From: an uncultured Candidatus Peribacteria bacterium
GTDB taxonomy: Bacteria; Patescibacteriota; Gracilibacteria; JAUYGZ01
Length of the DNA: 64,000 bases
Assembly: GCA_964352145.1 (NCBI GenBank)
Contig: CAYGQA010000003.1
Location: 58,236-122,235 of the forward strand
Direction: 5' to 3'
The translations under genes were made by a program, and so were the position numbers. Below are positions 45,595-53,978 of this stretch, in pieces (position 1 is the stretch's first letter; each line of letters starts with the position of its first letter). Under the pieces are notes generated by a model. It worked only from the letters and a program-made list of their open reading frames with translations. It was not told where the DNA came from and ran no database searches.

Positions 45595-46245
45595 ATGAAT
45601 ACAAAAGCACTCTCAGCACTATCATTAATGGTAGCCTCAGCTGTCACTCTCGGATCCGTAGTAATGGCTCCAGGCGTTGATGCCTTCGGAGGAAAACATC
45701 TCGGTTCAGAATTCAAAGATCAGATCACTCATGAAGTCAGTAAACTCGACAATGGGATCCAAATGACCCTCACTACTGATAACGCAGAAGCACTAGAATT
45801 CATCCAAGAACGACACGGTGATAAACCAAATAGAGACAACGTAGAAATTGAAACTGTTTCTCTCTCAAATGGAGTCAAAGTCACTGTCACCTCAGAAGAT
45901 GAAGAAGTTATCGAAAAGCTTCACAATAAAGCAGATCGCAAAGCTGAAAAAGCTAGCATCTCAAAAGAAGTCACAAATCTCGACAATGGAGTACAAGTCA
46001 CTATCACAAGCACACTCCCAGAAGTAGTTGAGAAGATCCAATCAAAAGAACAACGCACTCCTAAGAACGAAGCCATCTCAATGATCACAGAAAACATCAG
46101 TAACGGAATACAGATGATCATCACTTCAGAAGACGAAGAACTCGTAGAAAGTATCCAAAACAGAGCTGAACGAGGAAAAGAAGGAAAGAGAGGCAATGGA
46201 AGAAGAGGACGTGGCGGAAACAAAGGTTTCTCTAGCCAAAGATAA
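45595..46245 (+). CDS. secreted protein with four ~35-aa internal repeats and a basic tail
   Basis: Signal peptide, then four copies of (V..L.NG+Q+T+TS.D.E.+E.IQ.+), then GKRGNGRRGRGGNKG. Confidence 0.5.
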   Translation: MNTKALSALSLMVASAVTLGSVVMAPGVDAFGGKHLGSEFKDQITHEVSKLDNGIQMTLTTDNAEALEFIQERHGDKPNRDNVEIETVSLSNGVKVTVTSEDEEVIEKLHNKADRKAEKASISKEVTNLDNGVQVTITSTLPEVVEKIQSKEQRTPKNEAISMITENISNGIQMIITSEDEELVESIQNRAERGKEGKRGNGRRGRGGNKGFSSQR

Positions 46246-46276
46246 TCACCTTAACAACTTCCTATAAAGACAAAAA

Positions 46277-46306
46277 AACCCTGTTCCACATGGCAGGGTT
46301 TTTTTT
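46277..46306 (+). terminator. rho-independent terminator
   Basis: AACCCTG-10 nt-CAGGGTT followed by T8. Confidence 0.75.
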
Positions 46307-46318
46307 AGAAGCTCCAAA

Positions 46319-46365
46319 TCCCTCTCCTTCTAGGAGAAGGAGGAGCTCGTAAGAGCGGGAGGAGT
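46319..46365 (+). repeat. family-B GC-rich hairpin unit B2
   Basis: Hairpin CTCCTTCT-agg-AGAAGGAG followed by GAGCTCGTAAGAGCGGGAGGAG. Confidence 0.55.
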
Positions 46366-46427
46366 GGTGCGGGAGAAGTGGCAAGAGGAAGAGAGCCTAA
46401 TCTCAGAAAGGAGTGCCTACGCAAATA

Positions 46428-46450
46428 GAGAGCTCGTAAAAGCGGAAGGA
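46428..46450 (+). repeat. family-B partial unit B3
   Basis: GAGAGCTCGTAAAAGCGGAAGG repeats the GAGCTCGTAAGAGCGG core 87 nt downstream of B2. Confidence 0.5.
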
Positions 46451-46472
46451 AGGGTAAAGAACCTCCTTTTTC

Positions 46473-46853
46473 TTATCCTTTATCTATAGGCCTCCAAGGA
46501 TCTCTGAAAGCTTTCACATCTGATCCCTTTTGATAGGCTTTCATTTCAAATCGAGAACCTTCTTCATAAGCAAAAAACTCTTCATTGTCATCAAAGTAAT
46601 CTCCATATCTCTCAGCCGCCTCAAACTTAAGCATTGGCAAAGAATAGTCACTAATCGGTTTTAACACCGTTACTACTCTATCAGCAATCACCTCACTATC
46701 AGCTCCTTTATCTTCGAATTCTTCTTGTGATTCTATTTCATATCCGCGTTCTAAAAAATCCTGAATCATATCATGATGTTTCGTCATTTTTTGAGAGCTC
46801 GTCTCTCTGAAGATTTCTTGCATTCCCTTAGCGGGTCGACCAGCTGAACCCAT
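46473..46853 (-). CDS. hypothetical acidic protein
   Basis: 126-aa ORF with no TM segment and no recognised motif. Confidence 0.4.
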   Translation of the reverse strand: MGSAGRPAKGMQEIFRETSSQKMTKHHDMIQDFLERGYEIESQEEFEDKGADSEVIADRVVTVLKPISDYSLPMLKFEAAERYGDYFDDNEEFFAYEEGSRFEMKAYQKGSDVKAFRDPWRPIDKG

Positions 46854-47136
46854 AATGGTAAGAGTTAATAAGTAAGGATAAGTATCTGTAGATAAAAGCT
46901 AAAAATGAATCAAATAGCAAAAGCAGATACAGCAAAAGCCTAGACGAGAACGAGAGAACGAAGCAAGAGAAAAAGCATGACAAGCTCATAAGTTACTCAT
47001 ACAGCTTCACAGAGGCTCAAGCATATACTTCTAATGAAGCGCTGTAGATAAAGAATGTATAAAATCACCCAAACATAAGCAGGAAATACAGAAAAGGAAA
47101 ACTTAATAAGCTTATCTTGATCAAAGCTAGAAATTT

Positions 47137-47145
47137 TGATACTAT
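47137..47145 (+). promoter_or_regulatory. possible extended -10 box TGATACTAT
   Basis: 36 nt upstream of the ATG at 47181. TTGATC lies at about -35 with roughly 16 nt spacing. Confidence 0.35.
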
Positions 47146-47180
47146 CTGGATAATATTTATGTATTCTTTACTACATCCTC

Positions 47181-47432
47181 ATGAAAGCGAACAAGTTTAT
47201 CTCTACTTTCCTTATCCTCGGACTTGGATTTTCAGTACTCCTCACAGGATGTAGCAATGAAAAAATGAAAGATGACAAGCATAGTGGAAATACAATGATG
47301 GAAGACGATATGCATAATGGAAATGCAATGATGGACGGTGAAAAAATGATGGACGGTGAAAAAATGATGGATGGTGAAGAAATGATGGACGGTGAAGAAA
47401 TGATGGATGGTGAAGCAAAAATGGAAGGATAA
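47181..47432 (+). CDS. Met/His-rich small lipoprotein (candidate Cu(I)/metal-binding)
   Basis: Lipobox LLTGC, then MKDDKHSGNTMMEDDMHNGNAMMDGEK(MMDGEx)n. Confidence 0.55.
   Translation: MKANKFISTFLILGLGFSVLLTGCSNEKMKDDKHSGNTMMEDDMHNGNAMMDGEKMMDGEKMMDGEEMMDGEEMMDGEAKMEG
47328..47417 (+). repeat. 18-bp tandem repeat x5 inside the CDS (ATGATGGAYGGTGAARMA)
   Basis: Five consecutive in-frame units encoding MMDGE(K/E/A). Confidence 0.9.
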
Positions 47433-47450
47433 TCCACTCACATATCAAAA

Positions 47451-47484
47451 AACCCGTAGTGTCTATAATACTACGGGTTTTTTT
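47451..47484. terminator. bidirectional rho-independent terminator
   Basis: AACCCGTAGT-9 nt-ACTACGGGTT followed by T7, with an A-run upstream. It lies between convergent genes. Confidence 0.75.
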
Positions 47485-47485
47485 A

Positions 47486-47839
47486 TTATAAACAGTTCAA
47501 AACTGATTCCTGATCTCCTGCATCAGAAACACAGTCTAATTGAGAACGATGAATCTTACAGATCTCACCAGTACCATCTCCAAAGATTTCGTTTCTTTCT
47601 AAACAATCAACAAGTAGTTTCTTTACCTGATCAGTTTGTTGTTCACGATAATCTCGAAAAATCATCATTTCTTGATCACCCTCAGTATTAGTTGTAAGGA
47701 CCTGTGTATTCAATTGATTATGTTGGAAGTTCAACTGAAAAGCGACCAACAATACAAGTAAACTAATACCCCCAAGACCTAAGGAAATCAACGATTTCAG
47801 TTTCGCTCTAGAACGTACTTTTTCAAAGAAGAATTTCAC
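47486..47839 (-). CDS. membrane-anchored hypothetical protein
   Basis: GTG start, one N-terminal TM segment, and a C-terminal domain with 3 Cys. Confidence 0.4.
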   Translation of the reverse strand: MKFFFEKVRSRAKLKSLISLGLGGISLLVLLVAFQLNFQHNQLNTQVLTTNTEGDQEMMIFRDYREQQTDQVKKLLVDCLERNEIFGDGTGEICKIHRSQLDCVSDAGDQESVLNCL

Positions 47840-47872
47840 AATTTTTTTATTTATTTTTTTAGTCTCTAAAAG

Positions 47873-47881
47873 AGATTAGAT
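47873..47881 (-). promoter_or_regulatory. extended -10 box TGTTATAAT
   Basis: 34 nt upstream of the GTG at 47839. Confidence 0.45.
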
Positions 47882-47938
47882 AATTATAACATAAAAAAGA
47901 TCTTTTAGAAAGAGTAACATTCAGCAAATAATAAGAAT

Positions 47939-49531
47939 CTACTCTCCTTTTACCAACACATGACCACCTATAGAGTCTTCTTTCAAAGAGGTATGACTCG
48001 AAGCAGAAAGTGTAATCAAATAAGCTGTCTCAATAAGATGTCTTAACTCTATAAGTGGTTCGCTCAGAGTATAAGAAGCATATTTCTCATCAATATTCTT
48101 CCAAATCATACGCAGCTCATCTTTAGCACGCATAAGACTCTCTCTATTCCTCAAGATACCGACATGAGTCCACATCAATTGTCTGATTTGCTCCTTCTCT
48201 GATTCAATCAAGAGAGGGTCACAGACAGCATCTCCAAAAGAATCCCAATCATCTACAAGCTCAAAAGCCTCTTTAAGAGGGAATTGTTTATCATCAGTTT
48301 CTAGTTTTTGTACTAATTTATCAGCAGATTTCACACCCCAAGTAAGACACTCTAACAAAGATGTCGATGCCAATCGATTAGCGCCATGCACTCCCGTACA
48401 AGCCACTTCACCAGCAGCAAAGAGTCCATCTAATTCAGATTGGCCATCTAGGTCAACAGCTATACCACCACAGAAAAAATGCTCTGCAGGAGTGACTGGT
48501 ATAGGATCACGAGAAATATCAATACCCTCCTCTTCACAGCGCTCTGCAATACTTGGAAATCGATCTTTAATATCTTGAGCACCAGTGTAATGATCAGCAA
48601 GATGTAAATACACATACTCTTCTTGGCTTTTTTGAAGCTCTTCCATGATGACCTTACTCACTACCGCACGCGACTCCAGATCTTTACGAGGGTAATCGTC
48701 CATGAGGTATTCTCCTTTACTATTCATAAGCCGTGCACCCTCTCCTCGAAGAGCTTCAGAGATCAAAAATCTCCTTCCTTTTTTTGGACTCCAAAGAGCA
48801 GTCGGATGAAACTGTATAAAGCGAGCATTAATGATCCTCACCCGTGCTCTATTTGCGACTGCAAGCCCACTACCATAAGCGTGTTGAGCATTCGTATGAT
48901 ATTCATACACCTGACCAATACCTCCCGTACAAAGCACGGTATAATCAGCCAAATGAGTTTTCACCTTTCCTGAAGCTATTTCGTATAAGTAAGCTCCCAA
49001 ACACCTATTCGTTTTATATTTAAATTCATATCCACGACAATTATGACCACTCGTAAGTAAATCAACCAATATATGCCCCGTCAGGACAGTAATATTGGGC
49101 TCTGCTTCTACTTTCCGCCAAAGAGACTGCATGATTGATTTCCCCGTATAATCTTTTACATGGAGGATACGAGCATGACTATGAGCAGCTTCTTTTGTAA
49201 GGGAAAAAGATTCTTCATTGCGATCAAAGGGAACTTGTACATCATCAACAAGCACTTCTTTCACTAAATCCGTACCCTGCTTCGCAAGCTGCTCAACAGC
49301 ATCTTTTGCATTGATATGATCACCTGCAGACAATATATCTTCTATCAAACTTTCTGGATCACCTTCTTGAGCTTTATAAATAATCCCACCCTGAGCATAC
49401 TCAGAATTAGTCCCTCTCACAGGTACTTCATCCTTAGTGATAATCGTACATTTCACTCCCTGTTGAGCTAATCGGTAAGCTGTACTCAAACCAGCCAATC
49501 CTGATCCGATGATGAGTACTGGAGTATGCAT
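47939..49531 (-). CDS. nadB: L-aspartate oxidase
   Basis: VLIIGSGLAGL with flavoprotein blocks (AQGGI, RFIQFHPT, GLFAAGE.ACTGVHGANRLASTSLLE). Confidence 0.95.
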   Translation of the reverse strand: MHTPVLIIGSGLAGLSTAYRLAQQGVKCTIITKDEVPVRGTNSEYAQGGIIYKAQEGDPESLIEDILSAGDHINAKDAVEQLAKQGTDLVKEVLVDDVQVPFDRNEESFSLTKEAAHSHARILHVKDYTGKSIMQSLWRKVEAEPNITVLTGHILVDLLTSGHNCRGYEFKYKTNRCLGAYLYEIASGKVKTHLADYTVLCTGGIGQVYEYHTNAQHAYGSGLAVANRARVRIINARFIQFHPTALWSPKKGRRFLISEALRGEGARLMNSKGEYLMDDYPRKDLESRAVVSKVIMEELQKSQEEYVYLHLADHYTGAQDIKDRFPSIAERCEEEGIDISRDPIPVTPAEHFFCGGIAVDLDGQSELDGLFAAGEVACTGVHGANRLASTSLLECLTWGVKSADKLVQKLETDDKQFPLKEAFELVDDWDSFGDAVCDPLLIESEKEQIRQLMWTHVGILRNRESLMRAKDELRMIWKNIDEKYASYTLSEPLIELRHLIETAYLITLSASSHTSLKEDSIGGHVLVKGE

Positions 49532-49681
49532 AATGTTTGCCTAAAGTTGAATGGAGTGTAATGGAGAAACAAAGCCTTGAAAAGCTTTGAAGAAAAGCAA
49601 CTGAGATATATTCTCATATAAGCTGAAAAATTGATCAAACAAGCAATTTCCCACAATTGTCACAGAAATACCCTTGCTCGA

Positions 49682-51172
49682 CTATTCTTTTTCCAAAGCA
49701 TCTACTCCGGTAAAGAGAAGCTCAGAAAAAAGTTTATCACCTCCATGAGCCGTCAAAAGTTCTCTAAGTTCGACCACTTCATTCATTCGCTTCTCTTCTA
49801 CTTCCTCACGAATCTGTCCAATCTTTTTATCTGTGTACTCTAACTCTTCTGTTAGCAACATTTGAAAAACATAATACTTTTTCTCTACTAACTCTTCTTC
49901 TTCATTTCTATCACTTTCATTTTCAAAATTCTCTTCAGCACTGTCCAAATCAATCATTTCTTCACGGATCTCTGGCATTGATCCTGTCTCCATCATGACA
50001 AAAGCTGAGGAGGCTTTTTCACTAATATCCTTATAATTCAGTCGATTCACCACTTCAACCGGCTGATAAGTAAGGATACTCAAAAAACGATCATATACCG
50101 CTACACCAAAACGATATTGTTGGCATGCTTCATAAGAATAGCCACGATAACTGACTCCATCCTCTTCAAAATCTCGTGATCCAAGGTATTCACAAAGAGG
50201 AGTTTTCGAATCCGACTCTGCAGAATACTGTAGTGTAGGACGAGGTAGCACTACTGACTTTTCATCACTCTTATAAAAAATATCCTGATAGACTGGTCTA
50301 AGAGAAAACCAAGGCAATAAACTCGAAACATACCAGCCCCCTTTCACCTCAGTAAAAGAACCAAAACGCTTTTTAACCTGGCTTAAAAGAGTCAGTCTTG
50401 TCGATTCTATCCTGAGAGATTTCCTCACAACAAGATCTCCATCTTCATCTAAAGCTTCAAAAATATAGAGGTTTTCTCCAAAATACATATTCCCTAATTT
50501 TTCAGATGCATTGTATGAGAAAGATCGATCTCCAGTTATAAATTTCCTCAATCTCGTAAAACTTGCCTTTCCTGATTCTGGATAATAAGAAAACACTCTG
50601 ACCCTATCAGCATTCTTCGTCAACTCAGCAGTGATCTCTAATTCTTCAGCACCTGTAGTCTCTGGAGCATCTAAGAAGCTTAGAGAATCACTAGAGAAAT
50701 CTTCCCATTCTGAAATATCTAAAAACAAAGGAAAACTTACCTGCATAGCTTCATCAACTTCTTCTTCTGCAAACTTTCTCGCAATAATCTGATACTCATT
50801 ATCTCCTGGCAAAAGGTTCCCTAAGACTGCCGAGATATTGTACTGTGCTTGATCAGATCGCGGTAAAAAAGACGTTAATGTATAAGACTCTGTTTCAACA
50901 TTAGCAGGATGACTCCAGATGATTTCTATAGTCTCAAAAGAACTCAAAAGATCTATCTCTAAAACAAAAGCAGCATCTGAGATAACACGAGGATAATCAA
51001 ATGATATCCATTCTTCTTCTACCAATAAGTCTTCAACTACAGGTACAACTACTTCAGGGACTTCTTCAGGTTCAACTTCTTTTTGTGATCTTAGCAATAA
51101 AAAAGCTGACACTCCCAAGAGTACAAGGATGAAGAGAGATAAGAGCCATTTTTTTGCAGAACTATGCTTCAT
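49682..51172 (-). CDS. membrane-anchored hypothetical protein between nadB and nadC
   Basis: 496 aa with an N-terminal TM segment and a large acidic extracytoplasmic region. No motif recognised. Confidence 0.45.
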   Translation of the reverse strand: MKHSSAKKWLLSLFILVLLGVSAFLLLRSQKEVEPEEVPEVVVPVVEDLLVEEEWISFDYPRVISDAAFVLEIDLLSSFETIEIIWSHPANVETESYTLTSFLPRSDQAQYNISAVLGNLLPGDNEYQIIARKFAEEEVDEAMQVSFPLFLDISEWEDFSSDSLSFLDAPETTGAEELEITAELTKNADRVRVFSYYPESGKASFTRLRKFITGDRSFSYNASEKLGNMYFGENLYIFEALDEDGDLVVRKSLRIESTRLTLLSQVKKRFGSFTEVKGGWYVSSLLPWFSLRPVYQDIFYKSDEKSVVLPRPTLQYSAESDSKTPLCEYLGSRDFEEDGVSYRGYSYEACQQYRFGVAVYDRFLSILTYQPVEVVNRLNYKDISEKASSAFVMMETGSMPEIREEMIDLDSAEENFENESDRNEEEELVEKKYYVFQMLLTEELEYTDKKIGQIREEVEEKRMNEVVELRELLTAHGGDKLFSELLFTGVDALEKE

Positions 51173-51258
51173 ATAAAGATAAGTACATCAGAATAATATC
51201 AGAAAACACTAAAGGACCAAATACCCCCCAAGTGACAAAGACAACAATAATGCTGCTA

Positions 51259-52095
51259 CTATGAAGAAATATGCAAAGAGAGATCAAAAGCAGGTGCAGA
51301 GTGTGTCAATGCTCCGACAGACAAGAAGTGAACACCAGTTTCCGCTACATCACGTACTGTGTCTAAAGTAATGTTTCCAGAAGCTTCTAAGAGAATCCTT
51401 CCTGAAGCTGTCTGAACAGCATCTCTCATCTGAGAAAGAGAAAAATTATCTAACATGATTCTTGTTATAGATTTAGAATGCTGCAGAGCTTGTTCTAATT
51501 CGTCCATACTTCTTACCTCAACGATAAGAGGCTTCTCAGCTTCTTGTGCTCGAAAACGAGTAATCGCTTCATCCACCGATCCAGCAGAATCAACATGTAC
51601 ATCTTTAATGATGGCAATATCCTCTAGATTCATACGGTGATTAATACCTCCTCCTACAGTTACCGCATATTTATCAAGATATCTCCACGCAGGGACAGTT
51701 TTACGAGTATCCAGTATCACCGCTCCCGTACCTTCTACAGCTGTCACAAAACGTGAAGTATGAGAAGCAACCCCAGAAAGACGACTCATGAAGTTTAAAA
51801 GGACTCTCTCAACTCGAAGCATAGAAACAACCTTTCCGCTCATCCCAGCTAACATCATCCTGTTCTTCACTCGATCCCCTTCTTCTACATACGGTTCTAC
51901 TACAATACTTTCATCGACAGCTTTTGTAATGGTCTCCATAAACTTCACTCCACAAATCACTCCAGCATCTTTAGAAATAATCATTCCTTCACGTTCTTCA
52001 TCAGCGTCAAAAAGAAGCTCTGAAGTAACATCACGTTCTCCATCTTCAAAAAGAGCTTGTTCGATGAGAGTAGCGAGTTGAGTATCGAGATCCAT
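51259..52095 (-). CDS. nadC: nicotinate-nucleotide diphosphorylase (carboxylating)
   Basis: DTRKT.P..R.L+KYAV..GGG.NHR..L.D...IKD.H. Start set at MDLDTQL. Confidence 0.95.
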   Translation of the reverse strand: MDLDTQLATLIEQALFEDGERDVTSELLFDADEEREGMIISKDAGVICGVKFMETITKAVDESIVVEPYVEEGDRVKNRMMLAGMSGKVVSMLRVERVLLNFMSRLSGVASHTSRFVTAVEGTGAVILDTRKTVPAWRYLDKYAVTVGGGINHRMNLEDIAIIKDVHVDSAGSVDEAITRFRAQEAEKPLIVEVRSMDELEQALQHSKSITRIMLDNFSLSQMRDAVQTASGRILLEASGNITLDTVRDVAETGVHFLSVGALTHSAPAFDLSLHISS

Positions 52096-52152
52096 AAGAA
52101 AAGCGTAAAAAAATGCCATGACATGGTAGTTCACAAGTAGAGCTAATGCAAT

Positions 52153-52280
52153 GATCAGTTTTCAGTTTTTAATTTCCATTCAAGCAACAATCTTCAAATA
52201 TCAAAAATCAAATACGATCTCGGCAGCTTCTCTTCGATTCGTGCGAGAGTAAAATGCGAAACAAATATCAAATACAAAAA
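52153..52280 (-). repeat. family-A composite intergenic repeat, copy A5 (with internal insertion)
   Basis: The reverse complement reads TTTGATATTTGTTTCGCATTTT-[CTCGCACGAATCGAAGAGAAGCTGCCGAGATCG]-TATTTGATTTTTGATATTTGAAG..TTGAATGGAAATTAAAAACTGAAAACTGATC. It lies 5' of nadC in nadC orientation. Confidence 0.7.
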
Positions 52281-52300
52281 ACCAAGGTTTCTTAAACCTT
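52274..52300 (-). terminator. stem-loop terminator after the Smr gene
   Basis: On the minus strand: AAGGTTT-aag-AAACCTT followed by GGTTTTTTG. Confidence 0.5.
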
Positions 52301-52360
52301 ATTCCTTACTCCTTCATCTTAGAAGTTTGAGGAGTAAGCTACAAATTTAATTTAGAGGTC

Positions 52361-52687
52361 TCATAGAAGTTCGACCTCGAGCGCACCATCTCCACCCCTA
52401 TCTCTCCTCGCTGTTTCAACAGAAACAACCTGAGGTAATCTATGAAGGAACTGCCTAATCATTGGTCGTATCACTGGACCTTGCTCAGAGTGCAATCCCT
52501 TTCCAGTAATGATAAGGACTTTTTTCATACCTCTCTCAGCGCATTCTTCTACAAAGTCTTTAGCAAGAGACTTAATCTCATGCTCAGTCATCTTTCCTCG
52601 ATCATGGTAATCAAGCTCAGCTTGAGGCTGGTTAAGATGAGCATATTTATTACCTCTTGATTTGTCTTTCTTCCGACCCTTTGCCAT
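52361..52687 (-). CDS. Smr domain protein
   Basis: ELDYHD......I......F+.......+KKVLIITGKGLHS pattern. Confidence 0.8.
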   Translation of the reverse strand: MAKGRKKDKSRGNKYAHLNQPQAELDYHDRGKMTEHEIKSLAKDFVEECAERGMKKVLIITGKGLHSEQGPVIRPMIRQFLHRLPQVVSVETARRDRGGDGALEVELL

Positions 52688-52809
52688 GGAGTAGAGTAAT
52701 GTTTTGCTGACATTCTAGCGAGTTTTTAATGAGTAATCCATGAAAGAATCAATGCCTTGCTCGAGCTAAAAAAAAGCACTAGGATAAGATCACTGATCAT
52801 CCAAACTCC

Positions 52810-53478
52810 ATGACTCAAAGTCACAAAACAGGCACTCTGATACTTATCCGACATGGAAAATCAGAATTTAATCTCAAAAAAATCTTCAGTGGATGGCTTG
52901 ATGCTCCTCTCGCTGATCAAGGGAAAGAAGAAGCCCATCATGCAGCAGAAAACCTAAGAGGATTTCACTTTGATATGGCTTTTACCTCTGAGCTCAGCAG
53001 AGCACAAGACACTCTAGAAATCGTCCTAGATGACCTCAAACAATCAGAGATCCCTATCATCAAAGACAAAGCCTTGAATGAAAGGCACTATGGAGATCTT
53101 CAAGGAAAATTCCGCTCTGATATGCAAGCAAAATTTGGCGAAGAACAAGTACACATCTGGCGCAGAAGCTATGACATCGCTCCTCCAAATGGCGAAAGCC
53201 TCAAAGATACCTACAAAAGAACCGTTCCTTATCTGACGAATACAATCCTTCCCGAGGTAAAAGCTGGGAAAGTGGTCTTAGTCACTGCTCATGGTAATAG
53301 TCTCAGAAGTATCGTAAAAAAGCTAGAAGCGCTCAGTGATGAGCAAATCGTAACAGTTGAGATCCCTACCGGCGTTCCTCATATCTACACATTTGATGAA
53401 AATATGAACATGGCAGAGAAAAAAATCCTCCATCACGACCTCAAAGAAGAACAAATGGACTCCGCAAAAATACAATAG
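52810..53478 (+). CDS. gpmA: 2,3-bisphosphoglycerate-dependent phosphoglycerate mutase
   Basis: LILIRHGKSEFN (RHG motif), ERHYGDLQG, and TAHGNSLRSIVK. Confidence 0.88.
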   Translation: MTQSHKTGTLILIRHGKSEFNLKKIFSGWLDAPLADQGKEEAHHAAENLRGFHFDMAFTSELSRAQDTLEIVLDDLKQSEIPIIKDKALNERHYGDLQGKFRSDMQAKFGEEQVHIWRRSYDIAPPNGESLKDTYKRTVPYLTNTILPEVKAGKVVLVTAHGNSLRSIVKKLEALSDEQIVTVEIPTGVPHIYTFDENMNMAEKKILHHDLKEEQMDSAKIQ

Positions 53479-53553
53479 ATTAAAAGAGTATGAGGAGTAT
53501 AAAAAAATAATCACTAATCTATTAAGTACCCACTATTCACTAACCCAAACCCC

Positions 53554-53919
53554 ATGAACATCCAATACCACTTCGTCCATATCACAGACGCCCTCAAAGA
53601 AGACTTAAAAGAATACGCTAGCAAAAGATTTGAACATCTCGAAACCTTCCTTCAGACTTTTCCTGAAGACAACAAAATGCTCAAGATTGACATAGAGCAT
53701 CATGAAAAACACAATCAGTACGATGTAAAATGCACCCTAACCATGGGTGGTAAAGTCCTTCATCACGAAGAAGTTACTCACAATCCAAAAGAAGCCATCG
53801 ACAAATCGGAGGCCAATCTTATCCGTCAAGTCAAAAAATCTGTAGACAAGATGCGCGAGAAACCACATGTAGAAAAAATAGATGTAGAAGAAGGAGGAGA
53901 AGACTATTCAGAGCTCTAA
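53554..53919 (+). CDS. hpf: ribosome hibernation promoting factor (HPF/RaiA family)
   Basis: Short-HPF layout with +TDALKEDL.EY...+F..LE.F and a conserved basic patch. Confidence 0.8.
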   Translation: MNIQYHFVHITDALKEDLKEYASKRFEHLETFLQTFPEDNKMLKIDIEHHEKHNQYDVKCTLTMGGKVLHHEEVTHNPKEAIDKSEANLIRQVKKSVDKMREKPHVEKIDVEEGGEDYSEL

Positions 53920-53940
53920 AAACAGATTCATTTAAAAAAA

Positions 53941-53970
53941 AGACCAATTCATGATGAATTGGTCTTTTTT
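53941..53970. terminator. bidirectional rho-independent terminator
   Basis: AGACCAATTCAT-ATGAATTGGTCT perfect palindrome flanked by A8 and T6. Confidence 0.8.
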
Positions 53971-53978
53971 GAACTACT

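Noticed and set aside
47171-47448. Three minus-strand ORFs (47171-47437, 47232-47441, 47242-47448) across the Met-rich lipoprotein gene.
   Set aside because: They are open only because the 18-bp tandem repeat lacks stops in every frame. The plus-strand ORF has a lipobox, a promoter and a terminator, so it is the real gene.
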